A stretch of 64,000 nucleotides of DNA, taken from a candidate division WOR-3 bacterium. GTDB lineage: Bacteria; Hydrothermota; Tepidihabitantia; SM23-42. The translations under genes were made by a program, and so were the position numbers. The notes under the pieces are model-generated. The model saw nothing but the letters and a program-made list of their open reading frames with translations, was not told the DNA's origin and searched no databases. The first letter of the stretch is position 1. Each line of letters begins with the position of its first letter. The stretch covers positions 413 to 64,412 of the forward strand of contig JALVOT010000015.1 of assembly GCA_027026255.1 (NCBI GenBank), in the 5' to 3' direction. Positions 60,511 through 64,000 of the stretch are shown piece by piece.

Positions 60511-60538
60511 ATTTTATTTACAATTTTCTAAAAGTCAA
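60511..60538 (-). promoter_or_regulatory. Promoter of AI-2E gene (leaderless)
   Basis: TTGACT-N16-TAAAAT, ATG 7 nt downstream. Confidence 0.6.
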
Positions 60539-60890
60539 TGATTAATACTGTTAACTCCTTACCGGTTCAGCTGTTCTGTATCCACCGTTTTATCGGTTTT
60601 AGGTGCGTATTTACTTTGCCCGGTGTAAACTCCGCGAAGCATTTCAATCAGACAGACTAAATGAATCAAAAAACCGGGATTATTTGTTTCGTTCCGAGTC
60701 TTTAAAATGACAAATTCTTTAAGGTCGCCCTGAATCTATTTTTTCCGTCAGCCTGATTCTCTGAGTTTTGATTACGGTGCGTAGCGTATTTTGTGCCGCA
60801 AGAAGTGCCTTCATTAAAGTGCCGGTATTTATTACAGCAAAGCGTTTTTTATTCAGTGCCAGCGAACGACTTATCGGACGAAATTTCTCC

Positions 60891-63800
60891 TTACAGCTTC
60901 ACCTTCATTTCAATCGGCGGTTCAACTCCCTGGTTATTTGTATTGTAATATTCATAGACACGGGATGAGCTGACCTTGGCACGGATCGGATACTTTGCCC
61001 TTAGATGATACGCAAATTTCACCGGTTTATTGGAAGAGACCTTATCAAGATAGATGATAAGTTGTCTTGGTGTGATAGTGTATTTCTGAATCTTTTTGCC
61101 GACGAGTTCATCCAGATCCGGTGTCTGCACCTCAAATCCTGGTGGAATACCAAGGTCAACCATTACAAGCTGGGCGGTTCCCTGTCGGCGCAGTTTGATT
61201 TGAACATCAACCTTGACCAGGTCGTTTATTCTCAGTTCGGTGCGGTCATAATCAACCGCAATCTCAAAACCAGGAATCTGAGGTCTGGGCACAATCTTCC
61301 AGGGCAGATAATAACTCTGGCAGATTTCATATAAGAAGTTTCCTTTGCCCTCAAGAGCAATCTCAATCCTGTTTTTCTGTTTTAACCCTTCATTCAGATC
61401 AATTTGATGCATTAAATCGGCATTTTCTTTATTAACCTTCAATCTCTTTATCTCTTTGCCGTTCATCGTTACAATCACGCGGGCATCGATATCTTCAGTC
61501 ATACCACCGAGTGCAGCAACCAGGGCGCGCAAACAGATTACAGTTCCCTGGGTTGTATGCCACATCCCAGATGCATTTTTGGACCGAATAAGATAGGTAA
61601 GTGCCCTGGTGGCGATATCACTGAATTTTCCGGATTTTACAAGGGCATAGGCAGCAAGGCCGGTCGCCTCTATATCTGCCCCTTTACCCTTAGAAAATGT
61701 AATCGATGGAATGTCTGATTCCCACCAGACTGCATCATCTTTTTCCTTTGCCATACCAATAAGTTTTTTCAGCACCTTAACCGTAATCTTGGATTTCGGC
61801 TGGTTGGCGACAAATGCATTGGCAACCAGGGCAAGCATATATGGGTCCTTTGCAGCATTTAAATTCTTTTCAAGGAATGATAAGCCCCTGGTTATTGATT
61901 GGTCTGATTCACCAATTTCACCCAGACTCCACAAAATATATGCTGTAGGAAGAATCTCATTTTTCTGAATCTTTGACCAGGATTCAGCATGCAGATACTG
62001 TTTATCCGGAGACCAGGAACCATCTTTATTCTGCTTTGATTTGAGCCAGTTTGCAGTCCTCTGGATTAATCGTTCATCAATTTCGTGGACCTTTGCCATA
62101 TCATTGAATTCCATCAGACCATAAGCGGTCAGCACCTTATTTGCCGGGGCGTCACCAAACCAGGAGAATCCTCCGCCCTCGACCTCAAAAGAGAGCAGTC
62201 TCTGATAACCAAGGCTGATATATTCTTCAGCAGTCATTTCAATGTCCGGTTTTATCTGCTCGGTCTGCCTCAGATAATTGAGAATCAGAATATTGGGGTA
62301 GGTTACTGATGAGGTCTGTTCAAAACAGCCATATGGAACCCTTAAAAGTTTATCAAGGCCTTCAACCACCTGGGAGAAGATTCCCGGATACAATTTTAAG
62401 ATCAATGAGTTTGCCTCAGGGATTGCATCCTCAGGGAATGAAATTTCTTTGACGATATTTTTGCTGAGTCGGTCTGAGATGATATTTTCAAACCGCTTGC
62501 CGTCAGGAAGGACCTGGATTCTTCTCTTTATTGCATCGGACTTTGTTTCGCCATAAGCCTTTACAAGTATTGTGAAGTTACCAATCTTTTTCACCCGAAT
62601 TGGAAAATAGGCGACACTCACCTCATCTTTTTTTAACTCTTTGGTTATCTCATCCTGGTTCAGGATATCAAACCAATCTTCAGGTTGTAGTGCAAGTTTT
62701 ATCTTCTGGTTATGGGGTAGATAATTATAGATTGCGACCGGGATTGATATCTCATCACCCTGAGTAAGTGCTACAGGCAGGTCAATGTCGATAAAGAAGT
62801 CCTGAAATACCCGAATCCGGGATGCAGTAGAACCGAGTTCACCGTTCATTGATGAGGCAAATGAACTGACCCGCCAGGTCGTGATTGCATCAGGCATTGT
62901 AAGGGAAAGGTCTGCCTTGCCATCAGTACCGGTAATGAGTGCCGGCTCAAATATGAATGTCTCAGGAAAGAATTCCCTGATTCTTGGTTCTTCTTTTGCC
63001 GGTCTAATCTTCCGTTTTGTCTTGTCTTCGGATTTTACAGGTCCAGGCACTGCCGCATTCACCTTTAATGCCGGTGCTACCAGCATCTCTTCCTTGGCAA
63101 GGACGCCTCTTCCAGCTCTAAATCCTCCGGGCCATCTCTTTAAATCATCTTCAGTATCAAATACACCATCGGGTCCTGCACTCGCAATCTGGAAGTAGTA
63201 GAAGTATTCTTCAGGACAGGTAATCTTATATCTTCTTCCCCAGGGGTCTTTGATGTCCTTTTCATTTAATAACTTTTCTTCTATTAATGTTGCAATCGCA
63301 TTTCTGGTTCTGGGGTATTCATTATGTTTTGAATGGTATTTGTTGAGCGCCTTATAGATTTTATCCCTTGTGTCAGTCAGTCTTTTGTAGTATGCTTTAA
63401 TAATTTTTTTATTAACATTCTGGGGTGTAGTATAGTTTACAGGGAATGGATTTTTAGGCACGAGTGTTGAAAACATTACATTCTCAATCCTCGGATTAAT
63501 CTCTGGTTTTTCAACAATCTCAATCGGGGTGAATCCGTGAATCTCATATCGCGGTTTTAAAATCTGCTTTTCCAGCAAGAAATATACCCTTTCCAATCCC
63601 GGGTGTAATTCACTTACGGCAAAGACCGCCTCATCCACCACTGCAACACAGAGCGCGGCAACCCTTGGTTTGCCGTTCTTGTCGGTGACACGAAACCGGA
63701 GTTTTCCATCCTCGCCAGGCAGGTATTCTTTCTTGTCCGGGGTTATCTTGATTAATAAATCATTCGCCGGATGGATATAACAGAACCGTGTATCCCTTAT

Positions 63801-64000
63801 AATGTCTCCACCTGGATTGACGATATAGGCATGGAGCCAGATTGAACCGGAAAGACCCGGGGTAATGGGGATTGAGAGCTGTCCCTGACCATTATTTATC
63901 CGAACCGATTTTGTTAAAAATGTTTGATTGTCTTTTATGATATCAAGATATGCCCGACCAGTCTTCTTTGTGGTGAGAAAACTGAGATTGAGTGATTCAC
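60891..64000 (-). CDS. Alpha-2-macroglobulin family thioester protein (5' end beyond window)
   Basis: Frame stays open to the window edge; VVDEAV, IREFFPET, PDAITTW, thioester motif GCFEQ, MVDLGIPPGF, RVYEYYN. Confidence 0.93.
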   Translation of the reverse strand, partial: ESLNLSFLTTKKTGRAYLDIIKDNQTFLTKSVRINNGQGQLSIPITPGLSGSIWLHAYIVNPGGDIIRDTRFCYIHPANDLLIKITPDKKEYLPGEDGKLRFRVTDKNGKPRVAALCVAVVDEAVFAVSELHPGLERVYFLLEKQILKPRYEIHGFTPIEIVEKPEINPRIENVMFSTLVPKNPFPVNYTTPQNVNKKIIKAYYKRLTDTRDKIYKALNKYHSKHNEYPRTRNAIATLIEEKLLNEKDIKDPWGRRYKITCPEEYFYYFQIASAGPDGVFDTEDDLKRWPGGFRAGRGVLAKEEMLVAPALKVNAAVPGPVKSEDKTKRKIRPAKEEPRIREFFPETFIFEPALITGTDGKADLSLTMPDAITTWRVSSFASSMNGELGSTASRIRVFQDFFIDIDLPVALTQGDEISIPVAIYNYLPHNQKIKLALQPEDWFDILNQDEITKELKKDEVSVAYFPIRVKKIGNFTILVKAYGETKSDAIKRRIQVLPDGKRFENIISDRLSKNIVKEISFPEDAIPEANSLILKLYPGIFSQVVEGLDKLLRVPYGCFEQTSSVTYPNILILNYLRQTEQIKPDIEMTAEEYISLGYQRLLSFEVEGGGFSWFGDAPANKVLTAYGLMEFNDMAKVHEIDERLIQRTANWLKSKQNKDGSWSPDKQYLHAESWSKIQKNEILPTAYILWSLGEIGESDQSITRGLSFLEKNLNAAKDPYMLALVANAFVANQPKSKITVKVLKKLIGMAKEKDDAVWWESDIPSITFSKGKGADIEATGLAAYALVKSGKFSDIATRALTYLIRSKNASGMWHTTQGTVICLRALVAALGGMTEDIDARVIVTMNGKEIKRLKVNKENADLMHQIDLNEGLKQKNRIEIALEGKGNFLYEICQSYYLPWKIVPRPQIPGFEIAVDYDRTELRINDLVKVDVQIKLRRQGTAQLVMVDLGIPPGFEVQTPDLDELVGKKIQKYTITPRQLIIYLDKVSSNKPVKFAYHLRAKYPIRAKVSSSRVYEYYNTNNQGVEPPIEMKVKL

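Noticed and set aside
60540-60890. Intergenic region after the macroglobulin gene as sRNA or relic
   Set aside because: No identifiable motif or stable structure found by eye
1308-63198. Numerous antisense or nested ORFs in the six-frame track
   Set aside because: They shadow well-supported genes and show no family motifs
1-64000. CRISPR arrays, IS elements, prophage, rRNA
   Set aside because: No spaced direct repeats, transposase, integrase, phage or rRNA-like sequence seen

Overview
AT-rich bacterial chromosome segment from a diderm anaerobe that probably ferments peptides and amino acids. Gene content (T9SS-type C-terminal domains, TamB/Omp85, very short signal peptides) suggests a WOR-3/FCB-related lineage, which is inference only. 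It carries selenocysteine machinery (selA, selB, tRNA-Sec), housekeeping genes (mgtE, cutA, folP, cdaA, asd, pepA, recO, mnmA, cysS, efp, comEC) and catabolic genes (buk, iorAB, hutU, an aldehyde dehydrogenase, a class III aminotransferase). It also has a TetR-MMPL-LolA-like-barrel module, tamB-tamA and a truncated alpha-2-macroglobulin. The best candidate for an undescribed system is the 11 kb minus-strand cluster at 42341-53496: korD / hdrA-mvhD-hdrC-hdrB / anchorless frdB-frdA-like / korA'-korB-korA-korB'-korC. This places a heterodisulfide-reductase module and a soluble fumarate-reductase-like enzyme inside a 2-oxoacid:ferredoxin oxidoreductase locus whose duplicated alpha/beta genes have degenerated reciprocally. 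Window-wide patterns are sigma70-like promoters with mostly 16-nt spacers, many apparently leaderless genes, and several internally deleted gene relics in intergenic regions. No CRISPR array, rRNA, mobile element or selenoprotein gene was seen. All calls are from motif recognition by eye; no database searches were run.
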